A stretch of DNA of 64,000 nucleotides, from assembly GCA_964106915.2 (NCBI GenBank), contig OZ066915.1; one strand, 5' to 3'. The position numbers and the translations under genes are program-made. Each line of letters opens with the position of its first letter. Positions within the stretch are counted from its first letter, which is position 1. Positions 12,401-27,400 of this stretch are shown here, piece after piece. The stretch comes from Podarcis gaigeae. Its lineage: Eukaryota. The notes under the pieces are model-generated. The model made no database searches, was not told the DNA's origin, and saw nothing but the letters and a program-made list of their open reading frames with translations.

Positions 12401-15400
12401 AACATCCGTGATTTAGAGAAGCCACCGCGGTTTCTTATTTGATCCCAGAATGTCCCACTTTTCCTTATGATGTCCCTATTTTCTTTGGAGAAATCTTGGG
12501 GAGTATGGAGTTATCCGCCCCCCGAACTGTTTGAAGGCAATCCTGTATAGGGAAGGTTTTTTTAATGTTTAATATTTTATTGTGTTTTTATATATGTTGG
12601 AAGCTCCCCACAGTGGCTGGGGCAACCCAGTAAGATGTGTGGGGTATAAATAGTAAAATTATCATTATGGAATGGGATGTTCCTATTTTCATTGGAAAAA
12701 TGTTAGAATGTATGAGAACACCCCCCACTTGAAATTATGCCAGTCAAGGCATGCATGCTCAGAGGCCTCTTTCACTGTCTACCTGGTTTTACTCACCTGA
12801 GGGCTGGAATGTGATTTTCAGAGCAGCAGAACCCACCTAAATGCAGGGTGCTAAAAGATAAGTTGACCTTTGCAGATGTTTGAATTGGGGCATCCAGCAC
12901 ATGGGAAACCTAGGCCTTTGGTTTTAGAAATCCAAACCAAGCCAGCTCTGTGGCCATTACTCCAGTTTACAGTATTGCAGATGTGATAGGGTGAAACTAC
13001 GTGGGACAATCTTCTTCTGTGCCTGCATTAGATCCAGAAGCCACACTTGTAACTGTGTTGATGCTGATGCGGGATGACTTATCCTGCATCAGAGTGTTTC
13101 AAGGGGAATAATGTGGCATGGGGCAGCCTGGCACCAATACCGCTGCAGAAACAGGTGCCATAAGCACTAATCTGCAGCACATGTCCCTGGGATTTGTTTG
13201 TATATTAGATATACTGTATCTGACATACAGGTGGCCTATAAATTTGAGGCAGTTCCACACCAGACACTTAAAGCCCATTCAATGGACATTTAAAGCACAT
13301 TACTTCCCCCCAAAGAATCCTGGGATCTGTAGTTTAAGGTTGCTGTGAATTGTAGCTCTGTGAGAGGGAAACTACAGTTCTCAGGATTCTTTAGGGGGAA
13401 GCCATGTGTTTCCACTTGAGTGTGTTTTAAATGCATTCTGTAGATCTGCCCTTGCACTAGTAAAGACTTTCCTTAGAGGGTAGCGAGGTACTAACTAAAC
13501 ATACCCCTCAACTGCCCCAGTTAAATTGGGACATCCCATTTTGGGCAGCCGTGCTCTGAAGAAAAAATGTGAGGGTTGTGTTACTTGCGTGGGAGCACAT
13601 CCTGCTTTTCCATGGTGACACGTTGGAGGGACAGGGTGCTCCAGGAAAAATGGATTTAAGTGGATTCTCCTTTTTGGGGGTGGGGAGCAGTTCTCTCTCC
13701 CTTACAAACACAAAGGTTATCTATGCGAATATTACCCTTGGCAATTCCTGCAGATTTCAGGAACAGCACAATACATTTTACTGCCCGAGGCAAAGGGCAA
13801 GATGACGCCTCCCTCATTCCATGCACAAGAGTTGACATGGTAGCTGAATCCTGTTTTAACAGTGGTGATGGGCCAAAGGCATCCACTTCACCCAAGAGCA
13901 GTGAGCTTAAGGGGTGCATGGAATTGTAGAGCTGGAAGGGGCCCCGAGAGTCATGTAGTCCAACTTCCTGCAATGCAATAATTGGTCATTTGTATGACGC
14001 CTTCCCATAGTTAAAACATGCTCAAGGTGGCTTACATCAAAATACGATGAACAGAAATCAAAAGGAAGTGACAGCCATGCTCATTTAAACTCATTGGTGC
14101 CATTCCTTGGCCATCGGGCTTATGCTTGTTGTTGGGATTGTACTGTACAGAAACAAATAGGAAAGGCTAGAGAAAGTATCACCATGCATTTGAAGTGTGT
14201 GTATGTGTGCAGTGTAGACAATAATCCTACCAGCACCGCATTTTTAAGGCAGATGCAGATAAAATCGAGGGTTTGGATAACAAATGGTTTGAAATGTGTC
14301 TTGGTTTTAGAGCTTTGTGCTATTTTTAGATAAGTTCTTAGGTTAAATAAGTTGAGTATACTGAGTATCACTTGTAAATCTGCAGATTCAAATTCCACCT
14401 TAGTGCCCTTGGGCGTTTCCTAACTTCCTTTCTTTGATGACCATGAACTAATCTGTTGGGCTTCTTGGGTGTAGACTGAGGAACCTTCTGTTTTACAGGC
14501 GAAGGGGCTAAGTGGTCTTTCCCATTCCATTTCCCCCAAAATTTGCAGTAACAATCTCAATCTCTTACACTGGCGCTTCATTATGTTGCTGAAAGGTTAG
14601 GGCCCCTCCAGACTGGTGTGTTTGTGTGTTTTGCAGGTGTATTCTATAACATGTCATTGGTGCAATAATAGTGCATTTGTGGTGGATTTGTATACTGGAC
14701 TGTAGACACCATCCCACTTTTTATTAGCTGTTCTGTGATGCTTTCGCAGTGTTGCTGCTATTACTATCTGGTGGGGCACTCTTGTGCTATAGTGCAACAA
14801 AAGCAGGACTCCACCTTGGAACATTACAGGATCTTAGCATGAAGCTTGCAGGAGCAAACAGTGTTGAGAGCAGGATCACATATAACTGCCCCATGAGCAC
14901 AAATAATCATGAATGCCTGGTAAAGAGTACGTCTGGAGGGGCCCTTAGTATGTATTTGTGGATGCAACCCTGTGTGCATTCCTTGTGTCATTTTACACAC
15001 TCTGTGCATTTGCTCTGAAGGAAGGTGTGCAGCCTCTGTCCTTCATGTGTTGTATGTGCTGTGTATGTGCTGTATTTGCATCTTCTGCTGGAATCGGTGT
15101 TAATTATAGTACAGTTTTTGCTCTTTTTGTGGTCGTGAGTTCACAGCTTTTGGCTGGCCTTGAGTGGGAGAGTGGGGTCTTGCCTTTGTTGTCATGCCAG
15201 GATTTGGAGACACTAAATGTGCCTCCATGGCCCAGTGTAACTATGGGATCATGCCACCATCCTCTTTCCTCATCTCTGAGCTGGGGCTACAGGGGCCAGA
15301 ACCTACACGCATCGAGCCAGAGAGGGGCTTGCTAAGCAGCAAGACATCTCACTGTGTTGCAGACCTTACCGCAACTGATCGTAAGCCAAATCCCCTTTGC

Positions 15401-18400
15401 CTTTCTCTGGAGACTAGAGAATTTCTCTGACTCACGTTGAGCCTTGGAAAGCAAGGACACTGCTTTGTAAGTCTCCCTGGCGTACAGCAAAAGGGAAATA
15501 TTGGGGGATCTTGCAAGGAAAGGAAAAGAAAAAGAAGTAAAGTGCTGACTAGTGGTGAGCTGATGAGCATGCCTGGGGCCCAAGGGTAATAGCTACTATT
15601 CTGCAAAGCTGCACTGGTTTCTCTGTGTGTATGTGTGCGCGCACACACTGTGTGGTTATTACTGCTCGCTCCTGTTGCTTCTCTCCAGTGCACTATGCTG
15701 TGAGTGATAAAAGTGATTATATTGTCAAGAGAATCTACCCACTTTTAAAAGAATACGAAAGAGCCTGACTCTCACCTCACACTTGAACACACAATAAGGT
15801 AGTGCCCTAGAAGTAAAATTACACAGAGCTAGGCCCAGCTTCCCAACTTGGTACGAGTCTTCGCAGGGCACAAACCACAAGCTTATAAGCAATGAACAAA
15901 CCTTGGTTACAGCTTGTGTGCTATTTAGAGTGAGACAAACCTTTATCTGGGGTTTGGACATAAAGCTAAGCCAAACCATGGCTTAGCTCCTGGTAGTATG
16001 GCAGCAACAGAAGCAGGGGAGGTGTTAGGAGGCACAAATTTATCACTGTTGCACCTGCACGTTTGCTCATTCATGTTAAGCCATACTTTGGCTTAGCATT
16101 ATCTGCATGGTGCAGAGAACTGAGGAGAGTTTTTCATGATGCTGGGTCAGGAGATTATACTTCTGTGCCAATAAATTCTGAATTATCCATAAACTGTCAT
16201 TTTCTGAACATGGAAGTGGGGACACCATCTTGTTCTTTGCCTCAGGTAGCAAAATGGGCCAGATCTGGGAGCAAAGGTTTGGAAGCCCCACCTTCAACTA
16301 CTGGAAAACTTGTTTGTTCTTCAGGCTCTAAAATTTCAGCAGAGATTACTCACACTTTCAAATGTACCTTCACAGTCATAAGGCCTAGGAACTTGTATGT
16401 GCTGACTTAAAAACAAAGTAGAAACTGAAATTCTCAGGAAACTGGATCCCATAACCTGGCTGTCTGTACTTTTTGTGCTCCTGTGGAATTGCCGTCTCAA
16501 ACATATCTCTGTTTCACAGAGAGATAAACTTCTGGAAGCTGTTCTAAAAATGCATGCCAGTACAGCAGCAAATAAGTAGAGTAAAGGTTGATTTGGTGTA
16601 CATTACTCCGTCTTCTACACTTCATCAAAACCATAGGCAGGGAGCCTCAGGCCCAAGGACCAAATTGAGCCTTTCAGGCCTTTGGGACTTTTCCAGGAGC
16701 AAGACCCATCTCAAATCTTGCCCTTCACTGCCCCTTCTCAAGTAACTTTGCCTGTCTGGAATTGGTTCTTGGGGTACTATAATGCCTCTTGCTTGCATGT
16801 AGAAATCTCTTTTTTTGCATGGCAGAAATGAAGTCTACTGTATAAAGCTTAGAGTCAATATGTTGCTCCTCCCACTTTTGTATCTGGCCCCACGCACCAT
16901 CTGGAAAGTTGTCCATGAGGAAATGTGTCCCTCTGTCCTGGCTGAAACAGGTCCCTGCTTTGTTGCATTGCTCTGGAGCTGTTAATACCTCCTTATGTTC
17001 CCTTTTGAAGACCTGTCACTTACAGTAGACACCGAGGATGATTCAGGCTTCCTATATTGCACTATCAAAACCATAGCTGCCAGCAAGGGAACAAACCAAA
17101 TTCCCTGTGGTTTAGTTTAACTTAATTCCTACTTGAGTCTTGACCCAAGAAAAGCATCCATTCTGATGACGCCAGCAAAGACTTGTGTTTTCAAAGGCCA
17201 GGCTAGGGACTGCTGTGGGTTCATTGTGCTTAGAGAATTAAAACCAAAGGGAAGTCTGGGTTACAGTGATGCAACTAGCTCAGTTGCTGACATTTACTGA
17301 GAGAGAACAAAGACCCAGTGGAACTACCCAGTGTGCATGTGGCTTTGACTTGGATTGGATAAAACCAGAAGACTTTCAGGGGAGGGGGTTTTGCAACCAA
17401 TTTTAGGCAAGGTTTTGCAGTCTGCAATGAAATAAGTTAGCTTCTGGTTAGCATGCCGAAAGATAACCTTGCTTGACAGTCCAGTCTAAGGATACCAGTA
17501 GATGCTTTTAAATTTTGCTTTACTTTGTCATACCTCCTTTTTGCCCACTATCTTAATAACATCTTCTTGAATTCATAACTGGAACAGTGTAACTGAGCAT
17601 CTGAGATGAGGCGGCCGGCTTTTGGCACATGCCAGTCTCCACAGAGGTGGAATATCTTGCATATTCCCCTTGCTCTCTTAATGGGGCTAGGGGGCATTAA
17701 TATTGTTTCCCAGAGAAGAAAGGTGTCAGAGCAGCATGCGTGGAGCATGAGATGTTGAGCAAATGGAAGCTTGCTTGTGCTGGTTTAGGGAGCAGCAGGG
17801 TCTACCTGGGATCATTAGGTTCCTTGCCATCTATCCTTCCTGTTCCTTATTTCTAGAGATTCCTCTGTCTTCTCATCCTGAGCAGACTAGCTAGCTCCGT
17901 GAAAAAACCAGCATTTGGAAGGGCTACTAGTAATATGGGGGCGGGGAGGCTTTTTCCATTTAGCAAATGTGGAAGAGATGGCTCTGAGTGGCTGGAGAAG
18001 ATTTTGAAGATAGCACTTGAACAGCATTGATTTCTTCCCACACCCATCAAGGAACTGGGAGAAAGAGTGTCAGCTTTAGATATAAGTAGGTTGCTTGTCT
18101 GGAACGGCTCCTGATCTAGAAGCATTGGTGACTCTGGGATACTTGGCCTGCTTCTCTGTCTTATGTGCAAGATGTATCCCATTCCCCTGCCCTCTTGGGT
18201 CACTTCCAGCCTTCAGTTCTACCATTGCATCTTGCTGAGCTGGATAATAGAACAAGCACACCCCTTTACCCTTGCCTCTGGTTTGAGGAGAGGCTTGATA
18301 GGTCAGCCCAAAAGTTATGTGTTTGACCGAAAGGCAGGTGTGAGATAATAGATTCCTCTAATGCATTGTACGTAGGCCTGCTTTTGAAGGCTATTTGGAA

Positions 18401-21400
18401 GCTCCAGTTAATGCAAAATGCAGTTGCTATGGTGCTAAATGGGATGCGGGTGGCACTGTGGGTTAAACCACAGAGCTTAGGACTTACTGATCAGAAGGTC
18501 GGCGGTTCGAATCCCTGTGACTGGTTGAGCTCCCGTTGCTCGGTCCCTGCTTCTGCCAACCTAGCAGTTCGAAAGGACATCAAAGTGCAAGTAGATAAAT
18601 AGGTACCGCTCCGGCGGGAAGGTAAACGGTGTTTCTGTGCGCTGCTCTGGTTCGCCAGAAGCTGCTTAGTCATGTTGGCCACATGACCCGGAAGCTGTAT
18701 GCCGGCTTCCTCGGCCAATAAAGCGAGATGAGCGCTGCAACCCCAGAGTCGTCCACGACTGGACCTAATGGTCAGGGGTCCCTTTACCTTTACCTTTACC
18801 TTTATGGTGCTAAATGGGACTGTCTGTTGGGGACACAGACAGCAATGGGAGGCAGTGATGGCCACTGACTTGGATGGCTTTAAAGGTGGATTAGACATAT
18901 TCGTGAGGACTAGGCTTATCAACAGCTTCTAACTCTGATGGCTGAGTTCTTTCTCCATTGTCAGAGGCAGTATGGCTCTGAATGCCAGTCGCTGGGGATC
19001 ACAGGTGAGCAGAGTGCTGTTTCTTTCATGTCCTGCTCGCAGGCTTCCCATGGGCATCTGGTTGGCCAGTAGAAGAAAAGGATGTTCAACTAGATGGGCC
19101 ATTGACCTGATTCAGCATGCTCTTCCTGCGTTTTTATGGCACATTTCATAAGATACTGCATTATACTGAGTAAGATTACTGGTACACCTAGCTCAGAGTT
19201 ACCTACACTGACTGCAAGTGGCTCTGCAGGATTTCAGAGAGGGGTCTCTCCCAGCCATACCTGGAGATGTAGGGGATTGAAGCTGGGATCTTTTGGGTGC
19301 TAAGCAGATGCTCTGGCCCTGAGCTACAGCCCTTCCCCATCTTCCTGGTGCTTTAACATTTGAACTACAGTGGTACCTCGGGTTAAGAACTTAATTCGTT
19401 CTGGAGGTCTGTTCTTAAGCTGAAACTGTTCTTAACCTGAAGCACCACTTTAGCTAATGGGGCCTTCTTCTTCCGCTGCGCCGCCGCTGCATGATTTCTG
19501 TTCTCATCCTGAAGCAAAGTTCTTAACCCGAGGTAATATTTCTGGGTTAGCGGAGTCTGTAACCTGAAGCGTATGTAACCCGAAGTACCACTGTAATCTG
19601 TTTCCAATCACAATTCAAAGTGCTGAGGCTTACCTTAAGTCAGGGTGGTCCAACTTTTCATACCAAGCAGGCCACAAAAGTACTTTGACACAGAACCCAT
19701 GGGTTACACACTGCCCTTTGCTTTCCTGGGGGGGGGGGGAGCGAAGACCTTAGAGCTCTCCCACCTCCTTCCCAAAGCTGGGAAAGTGCTATTTAGGCCT
19801 TGGGAAGGAGGCTGGAGCACCCTGTCAGAGCCCTCATGCCTCCTTCTCAAAGCCCAGTGCCTCTTATAACCAGCTTTGGGAAGGCAACAAGAGGGTGGTG
19901 AAGGGGGTGGGTTGGATAATGGATAATTTTGTCAAGGGCCACCAAAAAGGCCTTGCCCCACATGTTGGACCGCCCTGCCTTAAGTCCTCCATGGCAGGGA
20001 ACTTTGGTCATATTCCCTTGAACTTGGTCATATTCCCTTGAACTATGGCCATTGCTGAGGCTGTCCATCAGCTGCCCTTGGGGTCTAAAAGTGATGCCTT
20101 TATCAAATGACTTTTGGTACCTACTTTTGATTATTTTTTGGTACCAGACCAAGATCTCTTTGTTTTCCTAGCTTTTAGACTCTTGTTATTGCTTTATGCT
20201 GCTGGTTTGATTTTTGTTTTATCTCTTTTTTAAAACAAAAATACTGTGTTTGTTTTTTTAATCGTTTTTGTGAACTACTCAGGAAATATTTATACAGAAG
20301 GGTGTCTTATAAATTCTTAAGTTAAATAAGATTAAAAAAATGGAGAATTCCGCTACTAGAACCACAATCTGTACTTGCTGAAACAGACATACCATATTTG
20401 AAATGTCTACAAATAGTTTCTTAAACAGCCTGCACCCATGACCTATGTTGTCAAAGGCACACCTTTCTCTTGCAGAGAGGAGTTCAGTGCTAAGTTGTTA
20501 AACCTCCGAGCTCTTTAAAGCACAAATCTCCATTTGCTTGTAGGGCTGCAAGGGGAAGAAAGCACATGGGATTCCTTTTTCCTTGATCTTCTCTTTGGGA
20601 TTCATGAACATAAATACGTACAAACACACACTCTTGATTCCTTTTCCCTGATCTCTGGCTTGGCTGAACTGCCGGGTGCTTGGCTTAGAAAGTGCAAAGC
20701 AGCAGTTCCCTTCTACAAAGCCACACTGTTCAGAACAAAAATCTTCCTTCTACGAGGTTGCATTTTTTGCCAGTGATTCAGCAGCACGTGAGTGGAAAAG
20801 CCTGGAGCCGTAACTATTAGCCAGGCCTAAAGACTCTCAGCTGCTGTCACACAATCGTCTGGGCCAGGCCAAAAGCATCCAAGCCAGGCCACAGCCAGTT
20901 TGCAGCAAGCGGAACTCAAAGCGGGCTCTGAAACTGAGCCTGATGATGGATGCACCATATGTGCAGTGATGGGAGAGAGCCCTGCACACAGAGATGTGTC
21001 CTCCCCTTTCCTGCGATGCTTGAAACTCCTAACTAGGATTAATGCTGAAGGAAACAGTGAAAATCATAGACCTGGAGCTGGCTTGCTTCGGCCCAGCATT
21101 TCACACTGAGAGCCTGCCACGTTTGCATGTCTTAATAAGCCAGACTTTCCAGCTTATTGTGGTTTCTTGTGAACAAGCGACTCCTCTCCTGGCTCGAGTG
21201 GCACAAACAAACCAGGAAATGTTGGCTTCCCATTACACCCAAACAGGGAATCGTGGTTTATTGCTCCCTGACAAGTAGCTATAGCTAACCAGCCTTCTGC
21301 CATGGTTTGTTGTTGGCTTGCTGATCGTGGCTTCTAGTTAGAAATTATCTAACTGCACAACTGCCTGTATCCCACCATTTAAGAGTTAACACATGTCCAG

Positions 21401-24400
21401 TGCCATCTTCCCAGTGGTTTAGAGGCAAAGGCAAACAAGTACCATCCATCTTGCTTGGGACTACCTTTAACGTGCCTTCTTTTATTTTTCTGTTCTCTGA
21501 ACGTAGCTGGTTGTTTCAATCATCAGCAGAGCTGAAAAAGACCCAGTGGGTAGTTGATTCCAGGGGTGGCCAATGGACTGCCCACAAGCTGCATCTGAAG
21601 CACAAAGCGATTGCAGCTAGACTCCAAGGGCCTTACTAAATTTTATTCAGATTATGGTGTGTGTGTTTTTTTAAAAAAAGTGTTCACAGTTTCTCTTGTG
21701 AGGTTGCACTTAAAAATTGTTTTCAGAAGCTGTGAGCACGAAAAAGACTCCTCACCGGTTTGTGTTTTGTGTGCTACGCCCCTGCTGATAACCTAAACTG
21801 AGATTATCCAGTTACTTACCATGACTGAGCAAGCCACACCCTGTCCGGCATCTCATCCCAAAATGTCCCCAACCCTTTATATTTTGCACAACACATTCTG
21901 AACAACATTCAGAAGCAGCTGGCTGCAATGGCCAGTTTCCTAAAGCTAATGCCTTCAGTTTCCTAAAGCTAATGCCTTTCTCTCTCCCTGCCTTTGTGTC
22001 CATCTTGTTTTCTCTCTGGAGTTGTGAAAGAGTGGTAACATGAAACCCAAACAAGGGCTATCCATCTCTGGGCTGGATTACTGCAGGCAAGATAACTAGC
22101 TCAAGGGGATTTGACACATTTCAGCACTTGCAAGCCTCTGCTGCTTGTGTTGGGTCAGCTTTCCTGTGAAGCTTTTCTTTGGGAAAGGAGTTCAGAGATG
22201 AAGCAGCTCTTTATCCAGCAGAATGTGAGGCCTATAAATGGGGAGTGGGCCCTGGGTCACATGACCAAGCTGGACAGGGCTTTGAACAGGTGGAAGTCTC
22301 TACTTGCCCCACCTGACCTACAGAACACCCTTTTTTTTGGGGGGGGGGGTTTACACCAGTGTTAATTCTGCTGGCTGAAGTTCTGCTGGATAAGCCCTGG
22401 ATGAGCCAGGGCGAGGGGCTTACACTGGCATGTCTCCAGCTCAGTCAGGGGTGGATGGGGACTCAGTGGTCGAGCACATGGTTTTTACACACAGGATCCC
22501 AAGTTCCACTCCCTGGAACCTCCAGTTAAATTATTTTGGGCAGTACAGTGGTACCTCAGGTTACAGACACTTCAGGTTACAGACTCCGCTAACCCAGAAA
22601 TAGTACCTCAGGTTAAGAAATTTGCTTCAGGATGAGAACAGAAATCGTGCGGCAGTGGCACAGCGGCAGGCCCCATTAGCTAAAGTGGTACCTCAGTTTA
22701 AGAAGAATTTCAGGTTAAGAACAGATCTCCAGAACGAATTAAGTTCTTAACCCGAGGTACCACTGTACTGCTGGAAACGACCCTGTTTCAGTTCTTGCAG
22801 AGCGTCTCTGCCAGTGAGAGTAGACGGTATTTAGCATGGATGGCCCAACAGCCTGACTTGAGGATTGGAAAGCTTTTGCAGAATATCCAAAGAGCTATTG
22901 TAAACATGTAAACACGCAAGTAGGATTTGATTGAAGAACAGCAGTAAAACATGTATCTGGAAGCAAGAGGAAAGGATAGGGTACAGAGTATTTATAATGT
23001 GCAGCAATATTAGAAAACATGGTGAAACCATGAAGGGGTAGAGGGGAGGTCAAATGATAAATGAATATTAATTGGAAAGTATGCATTGTGTATGAAGTTT
23101 GTAAACTTTTGAAACTTTTAAATAATTAAAAAGAACAACAACAACCACCAGCCTGACTTCCACAAGGCAGCTGGAATCTTCCAGCCAGCAGGATGTTGAG
23201 TCAGGTTTGCGTATGAGGAAAAAACGACATGGTCTCTCTCAACACAGAGAAGCTGTGTCCAGTAAAAACAATGAAGAGTCCTGTGGCAAGACAAAGACTA
23301 ACAAATGCATGCCTCTGATAAAGCACGATGTGGCTCCTGGAAGCTTTGTGCTGCAATAAATATGCTGGCTTTTTTTGGTACCACAGGACCCTGCCTCCTT
23401 TTTTCTGCTGCCCGCTACAGACTAACATGGCTGCCCCTCTGGAATTCATACTCAATTACGCTGATTGGCAACATGTGTATGGCATTCCAGAGTTTACTGA
23501 TGGAATGTGTTGCTCTACAAGATGTTCTGAGTAGGCCTGGGCGGTGTATCAATTTGATACATGGCCCAGGAACAGTTTGATGGCCAGAGCGTGATGGCGC
23601 CTTCACCTGGTGGTATATTGCCGGTGGAGCAATATTACCGTCTCCACTGCCAGGCGCTGGCAGTGTTCAGAGCAGAGATGGTTCCACCCCACTGCCTCTT
23701 GGGTCCGGGGCCAATGCAGCTTGTTCCTCCCTATACTTTTCAACATTGTGATGTATTGCGATGTTGGGCTGGTGATACATCACAATGTTGAAAAGCTGAT
23801 ATTGCATAGCCCTAGTTCTGAGGACCTGCTGGTGTCACTCAGGACTTCTAGAAACAGGGTTTCCTTCCCCCTGAAAGTTACAATCATTTCTGGTTCAATT
23901 TTCAGTCAGGGGTAGGACCGTGGCTCAATGGTAGAGCAACTTCAGCACATGCAGAAGGTTGCAGGTTCAGTCCCAGACAGGTAGGGGAAGGAGAGACCCC
24001 CGGTCTGAAACCCTGGAGAGCTGCTGCCACTTAGTGTAGACAAGACTGTGGTAGATGGACAATGACCTGGTTCAATATAAAGCAGCTTCCTATGTTCCTA
24101 ATGTCTGAGCTTTTGGTGGTGTGTTTTGTTTTGTTTTTTAAAAAAGTGAGTTTCTAGCCCTTATAATTGCAGAGAGAATAATGAAAGTGGGAGGACTGGG
24201 TTGCACAGTCTAGACCAAGTCATGCAACAACTGATCAGGAGAACATCCAAGGCATTAAAGGACCTATAGGCTGCTTTGCCTGCTTGCTTCCAGTCTCCTC
24301 TGTGGCACAGAAGCAAGGCAAAAAGTTTTAATTACCAAGCAACCCGGTTACTAAAAGATATACAGCATATGCATTGTATTGGGGTGCCTGCTGCCCCCTG

Positions 24401-27400
24401 TGGGTTGGTTTGCTTATGTTTTCTAAGTGCACAAGGTGCTCTGTTTGCACTTAGGTGTGGCATACACATCTACCGTATTTTTTGCTCTATAAGACTCACT
24501 TTTCCCCTCCTAAAAAGTAAGGGGAAATGTGTGTGCGTCTTATGGAGCGAATGCAGGCTGCGCAGCTATCCCAGAAGCCGGAACAGCAAGAGGGATTGCT
24601 GCTTTCACTGCGCAGCGATCCCTCTTGCTGTTCTGGCTTCTGAGATTCAGATTTTTTTTTTTCTTGTTTTCCTCCTCCAAAAACTAGGTGCGTCTTGTGG
24701 TCTGGTGCGTCTTATAGAGCGAAAAATACGGTAGTTCCTGCTACCTGCTGGTGGCGCAGTTGTCTTATTTACAGTATTTATTAAAAAAAAAATTCTTTAC
24801 AGCTGTATCATAAAAAAATATATCACAGTGGTTTGCAGCAATATAAAACCAAAACCAAAACCAAACAATAAAATCATAAGAAGTTAAAAACAAGTGAAAA
24901 GCAAAAAGAAATTACCGTAAAAGCAAACACCACTAGACCATTGTGGGGAGTGTATTCTTCAGTGTGTGGTGGTTCTGTTGGAGGCTAAAGTGTGTCAGAT
25001 CATGCCTTCAGGCAAGGATTTGGTTTGACCTTTAATCATCATTTTTGTTTTCCCCGGTGATGTATTAAAGTATAAGTTTATAGAGCTTGCTTGCTTGGGG
25101 CGTAAAGTTTTGCACCAGTGTCTTTAATGAACAAATAGTGGTGGGTGGGAGAGAAGTAATGTGACCCAGAGGTCTATCATTGAGGTACATTAGTCTTCCT
25201 CAAACCAGTGCCTTCCAGACATTTTGCACTGCAGCTTCCAGCACCCCTGACCAGTCGCCACACTGTCTGTGGGTGGGTAGGGGTTGGAGCCCAACAATAT
25301 CCAGATGGCACCAGGTTGGGAAAAAGTACAGGTAGATTGGCTGGTCTGGACCCAGCTTAGGAATTTCGATACTGTATTATTTTATATGTTGAGAGCATGC
25401 AGACTCATGAAAAGAAATATTGCCCTTCTTAATTCGAATCGCTTTTTCTTTAGCATCAGCACAACAATAAATGTTTTCATCAACTCAAGTGTGGGGCATC
25501 TTCTTGCCTCAGGTGCACATTTTGTGCAAGAATTCAAAACATTAGAGCAGGATTCACCTAATGAGTCCCGCCAGGAGAAGACCTGTGTGAGGATTCCACT
25601 TTTACAATGGGAATGGGCATCAGGAAAAACCCCCAAATCAGCATGCAGCAGCAGGAGAAGGGGGTATCATTCCATCTAGCAAGCTGAAATATTTGTGCTG
25701 ACAGAACGTTGGCCTTAGCACAATCTTGAATTCCTCCCTTAGTATTTCTCCAACTTGAAACTTTTTTCGGGCATTGTGCCTGGCACCATTGTGCACAATG
25801 TTGCCAAAAAACAGTCAGTTACCACAAACAGTCTGCTCTCTGTGAATGAACAACTGTCCAGCGTAATATGTTACCCCAGACATGAATGAATCTTTCTACA
25901 TGCCAAAGCCATGTTGATCATGGTTGTATGTTGTACCTCCAATACCATTTCTCCTTGTGGACCTCCCTGGACATATTTGAACAGTTTTGGTTGATGCAAC
26001 ATGAATGTTAGGGTTCATTCAAACCAGTTCATTTATCTATGGTAACAAATTGATTACCATCTTGCTTTTGCAGGATATTTGCAAAATTGCTTTTGTCACC
26101 AGCTTTTTATCCAGGACACAAGGTCCTACCCCCTGCATCTCTTCAGCTAATAAATCACTCAGCATCTTGCACACAGGTCGCCTTCGCCCTATACCACATG
26201 CCTCAGCTGTGCCTTTTGCAAATAAAAATAAGCTTATTAACTTTCACTTTAAATGCTTTTACTAAAATGCTTGTTGAAATTGAAAGATCTTGGGCCAAGT
26301 GCTTGAAGTTCAACAGGGTGGGGTTGGGGACTGTTTCAGTGCTAAGAATTTCATCCTCCCATTATCTCTCTCAATAAGGCTGCGTATACACTATATATTT
26401 AAAGCTCATGGCTTCCCCCTAAAGATATCTGGGAATGGTAGTTTACTCTTCAACGAGCTGCAATTCCCAGTAACCCTTAACAAACCACAGCTCCCAGGGT
26501 TCTTTAGGGGAAATAATGTGCTTCCATTGTGCTTTAAATGTTTGATGTGTACATAGCCTAAGACTCTGCATGTGTGGGTTTCAAGCTGAGTGGGCTTCAG
26601 TGACAGGGGGACAGGAAGGCAGGGCAGGGAGGATTCTGACTCCTGACTTCTTTGCCAAGGTGGGTGTCAGAGTGGTTAAGGCTTTTATTTCATTTGGCGT
26701 TTTTGTAAATCCACAACTTTCGGATTTGCTCAACAACTGTTGGGTTTTCTTTTAAAAAGCTCAACAATTTCGGTGGTTTCCTCAATAATTTTGGGGTCTT
26801 CCTTAAAAAAAGCTCAAGGATGGAAAAGGATACATTTTTTTTAAAAAAATCCAGTTATTTCCCTCCAGCAGCCTAGTTTGAAGATTAAACTACCTGAGGA
26901 TGAAGTAGAGGCCAAACGTGAAATATTTTTGATTTGGGTGAAGTTTTCAGTGTGTGAAATTGGGCTTTCACTTCCTTCCACCTAGGTGAGGTTCTGAATT
27001 TTGATGGCAAATACATTCAACAAGAGAAGGCTATTAGTCTCTACACTTGATAACAACCAATATCCCTACAGGAACATGTTTCAGTTGCAATTTCAGTCTC
27101 CCCTGTCTTAGAGACCGGTTGCAGATCTGTGGCCTTTTGCTCTGAAATAAATACAGCAAGGAGGCATTTCCAGCCTCTTCCTATAATCAAAGAACCGCAG
27201 AGAGTAATCAGGGGAGGGCAGTATATTGTTTGCAGCAAAGATGTCCCTAGGGATTAACAGCTTCAGGCTTTGCCTGCTGATGCTGCTGAGTGTGGCAAAG
27301 GGTGGCGAGTGAGATTCTCTGTTGCTAGGATTCTAGTAAGCTTTGGAAGGCCTGGACCCAGCACTGGTGTTGCATCTGTCTCCTAATTTCCTCTGTGTCT

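Noticed and set aside
7817-20792. Scattered AP-1-like (TGACTCA/TGATTCA) and E-box motifs in TIMP2 intron 1
   Set aside because: Expected by chance in 25 kb; cannot be called enhancers without conservation or chromatin data
20003-21978. Short exact tandem duplications (21 bp near 20003-20044, 23 bp near 21933-21978)
   Set aside because: Ordinary slippage duplications with no evidence of function
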